A stretch of DNA of 63,196 nucleotides, filler included, from Chiloscyllium plagiosum (Eukaryota): the NCBI RefSeq assembly GCF_004010195.1. It is 5 parts of one record of this genome, joined end to end, with 100 filler letters (N's around TTAATTAATTAA, not from the genome) between each part and the next. Parts side by side here need not be neighbours in the genome. Positions count along the whole stretch, not along the records: positions 55,634 to 63,196 come from NC_057716.1; 4 more parts are not named here. One strand, written 5' to 3'. The first letter of the stretch is position 1. Every line of letters begins with the position of its first letter. The notes under the pieces were generated by a model that saw only the letters and a list, made by a program, of their open reading frames with translations, made no database searches and was not told where the DNA came from. Position numbers and translations under genes: made by a program. Positions 60,034 to 63,196 of this stretch are shown here, one piece after another.

Positions 60034-60369
60034 GGGCGGCACGGTGGCACAGTGGTTAGCACTGTTGCCTCACAACGCCAGAGATCCGGGTTCAATTCCC
60101 ACCTCAGGCAACTGACTGTGTGGAGTTTGCACATTCTCCCCGTGTCTGCGTGGGTTTCCTCCGGGTGCTTTGGTTTCCTCCCACAATCCAAAAATGTGCA
60201 GGTTAGGTGAATTGGCCATGCTAAATTGCCCGTAGTTTTAGGTGAAGGGGTAAATGTAGGGGAATGGGTCTGGGTGGGTTGTGCTTCGGCAGGTCGGTGT
60301 GGACTTGTTGGGCTGAAGGGCCTGTTTCCCCACTGTAAGTAATCTAATCTAATCTAATCTAAAAAAAAA
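60034..60369 (+). mobile_element. Full-length HE1-like V-SINE
   Basis: tRNA-like head (A box GTGGCACAGTGG, B box GGTTCAATTCC), V-domain GTGTGGAGTTTGCACATTCTCCCCGTG, LINE-like tail, (AATCT)n end. Confidence 0.85.
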
Positions 60370-60377
60370 TAAGGGGC

Positions 60378-62001
60378 CACAACGCAGAGTGGCTGAGCAG
60401 AGGCTCATAGCCAAATTCAGTACCCAGGAGGATGGCCTCAACCGGGTCCTTGGTTTCATGTCACACTATAGGTGACCCCAGTACACTGTACACTCTCATA
60501 CACACAAGCACATTTACACGCACTGTTATAGACTCTCACACACCCACGCAGATCCTCTTCCATACAAGCGCTCTCTCTCAGACACACACGTACACCCCCC
60601 ATATTCACACCCACGCACACATCTTCTGACAGGCTTATGCTCCATCACACTCAAGCTCACACTCTACCAAGCATGCACATATACAAACACACTCTTTCAC
60701 ATACAACCAGATCACACGCACACTCTCTTTTTCTCGTTCACATGAACACACATACACATATAAGTCTATGGGGTGAATGTGCATTTGCAGAATTCTATTT
60801 GCAGATACATTCTATTTTTGCTCATAAAGCACACAACCTGCAGGTAGTCAATCCATGTAACATTTTTAAAATTCCTACTTTGGAAACTGAACCAGTTTGA
60901 AGACTGGGATACAGACAGACTCTAATCTCACACCTTTAATACATCATCTGAGCTGCAATGTCACTTTTTTATTTATAAAACCTTAAGTTATGTCAAGAAT
61001 GTGACTTAAAAGAAGTTCTGGAATTTACATATCAGTGAACTGAAACCTACGACCCATTCTAAAAGATGAAACACTCAACAGCAATCTAAGTTTGTTCAAT
61101 ACAGAGGAAACTCGATTATCCGAATACCAATTATCTGAAAATTGGATTACCCGAAGGAGATTTCAAGGTCCCAATAGAAACATTACATCAAAGACGTGTT
61201 TCTAACACTGATCGCGACATTTGTTTACAGTGATTAAACAGGTATCGTCTCCAAATGACTGACCTCGCGCCCTCTCTCTCTCCCTCCATACTTCCCCTGG
61301 AATTCTACAGAGGGGTATACCCTGATTTCCACCTCCTTCCCCAGATAATCTGACCAACATTGTCCTGTACAGGGCAGAGGTGGAAGCTGTCAAAAAATTG
61401 CAATAAAAAGTTGTGTGTGTGTGTGCGCGCGTGTGCTCGCACATTACTTGGAGACTACCCACAAAGGCAGCTGCAGCAATCTTGTTGTTGGTGTACAGTC
61501 CAGCTGTCCCAGAGAGGTATTGGACAAGGGTGTGGCAGGCAGGGGGCGGTGTTGGTTGGGGTTTGGGGCGGGGCAGGAGGGAGGTGTTGGACGGGGTTGG
61601 GGCTGGGGCAGGCGGGGGNNNNNNNNNNNNNNNNNNNNNNNNNNNNNNNNNNGCGGTGTTGGATGGGGTGGGTGGGGCAGTGGGCGGTGTTGCGGGAGGA
61701 GTCTCACACGCGGTGTGTGCTGCTAGTCTCCTGAACGGGGAGCAGACTTTAAAACCACCGAGCCCCAGAGGAAAGACATTTAATCGATTAACCGAATAAT
61801 CAATTATCCGAACGAAATAGTGCCCGACCATCTCGTTCGGATAATTGAGGTTCCCCTGTAATCATTTTCATTGCATGACACTGTGATCCTTTGCTATAAA
61901 TTCTGTGTCTTCTGATCCTGCCCCACTAGTTACCTGATGAAGCAGCAGCACTCTGAAAGCTAGTACTTTCAAATAAACCTGTTTGACGATAACCTGGTGT
62001 T
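60378..62001 (+). mobile_element. Penelope-like element 3' part (family B), interrupted by a MITE
   Basis: QRRVAEQRLIAKFSTQEDGLN is homologous to the ORF at 49189; it is followed by a CA-rich tract and a terminal repeat with a degenerate hammerhead at about 61931-61965. Confidence 0.72.
61102..61858. mobile_element. Second, longer copy of the same Tigger-like MITE
   Basis: TA|CAGAGGAAACTCGATTATCCGAA ... TTCGGATAATTGAGGTTCCCCTG|TA; subterminal TTATCCGAA repeats. Confidence 0.82.
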
Positions 62002-62607
62002 GGAGACAGTGAGGTCTATAGATGCTGGAGATCAGAGTTGAGAGTATGTTGCTGGAAAAGTACAGCAGGTCAGGCAGCATCCAAGAAGCAGGAAAAATTA
62101 CATTTTGGGCCGCAGCCCTTCTTCAGGAATGAGGCTGGGAGCGTCGGGGGGTGGAGAGATAAATGGGAGGGTTGTGGGGCTGGGGAGTAAGTAGCTGAGG
62201 ATGCAATAGGTGGATGGAGATGTGGGTAAAGATGATCGGTCGGAGATGAGGGTAGAGCAGATAGGCACTTAAGAGAACATCTCCGGGACACCTACACCAA
62301 TCAACCCCAACGCCCCGTGGCCGAACATTTCAACACCCCTTCCCACTTTGCCGAGGACATGGAGGTCCAGGGCCACCTCCATCGCCACTCCCTCACCAGC
62401 CGATGCCTGGAAGAAGAACGCCTTATCTTCCACCTTGGAACCCTTCAACCCCAGGGCATCAATATGGATTTCACCAGAGTCCTCATTTCCCCTCCCCCCC
62501 CTTACCCCAGTTCCAACCTTCCAGCTCAGCACTGACCTCATGACCTGTCCCATCTGTCAATCTTCCTTCCCAGCTATCCGTTCCACCCTCCTCTCCGACC
62601 TATCACA
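62002..62607 (+). mobile_element. Penelope-like element (family A): inverted terminal repeat followed by the GIY-YIG C-terminus
   Basis: PVAEHFNTPSH...LEEERLIFHLGTLQPQGINMDF, preceded by a reverse-complement copy of the 1-237 repeat. Confidence 0.78.
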
Positions 62608-62629
62608 TGTTTATAAAAGGTTACTTTCA

Positions 62630-63196
62630 GAGGGATGGCAGTGAAGGCAGTGCAATGTTCCTCTTGCAACATGTTTGAGGTGAGGGATGCCATGGACATC
62701 CCTGCTGATTACACTTGCAGGAAGTGCACCTATCTCCAGCTCCTCCAAGACCGTGTTAGGGAACTGGAGCTGGAGTTGGATGAACTTAGGATCATTCGGG
62801 AGACAGAGGGGGTCATAGATCGGAGCTTTAGGGAAGTAGTAACTCCAAAGATGGCAGATAGATGGGTGACAATGAGGGGGACTGGAAGAAGCAGCCAGTG
62901 CAGGGACCCCCTGTGGCCGTTCCCCTCAAGAACAAGTATACCGTTTTGGATACTTGTGGGGGGGGGGGACTTACGAGGGGTAAGTAACGGGGCTCAGGCC
63001 TCTGGCACGGAGCCTGTCCCCGTTACTCAGAAGGGAAGGGTGGAGAAGAGCAGAGCAATAGTAATTGGGGACTCGATAGTTCGGGGCACAGATAGGCGGT
63101 TCTGTGGGGGCGAGAGAGACTCACGTTTGGTATGTTGCCTCCCAGGTGCAAGCGTACGTGATGTCTCTGATCGTGTTTTCCGGGTCCTGGAGGGGG
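62630..63196 (+). mobile_element. CR1-type LINE ORF1, running off the window
   Basis: MAVKAVQCSSCNMF...C..C, GDSIVRG, VCCLPG. Confidence 0.82.

Noticed and set aside
60034..60110. tRNA-like A and B boxes
   Set aside because: This is the head of an HE1-like SINE, not a tRNA gene; the same applies at about 2363-2460, 15610-15689 and 16703-16760.

Overview
Vertebrate genomic DNA, most likely an elasmobranch (shark) draft assembly; this is inferred from the HE1/V-SINE and CR1-type LINE families. The minus strand carries 13 consecutive GT-AG exons (46804 to 2561, 1998 nt, 666 codons, all phases compatible) of an unconventional myosin-X-like gene. They encode the end of the PEST region, split PH1/PH2, PH3, MyTH4 and the start of FERM; both ends of the gene are missing from the window. 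A single XRCC5 (Ku80) exon (56958-57070, minus) lies about 10 kb upstream, beyond two artificial contig spacers. The remainder is mostly repeats: CR1-type LINEs, two SINE families, Tigger-like MITEs, exon-flanking minisatellites and Penelope-like GIY-YIG fragments. The most unusual signal is a set of short fold-back insertions with 12-16 bp target-site duplications. They carry minimal type I hammerhead ribozyme motifs, often one per strand, in two or three families, and two of those families can be linked to Penelope-like elements in this window. Four 100-bp N44-TTAATTAATTAA-N44 spacers are assembly linkers.
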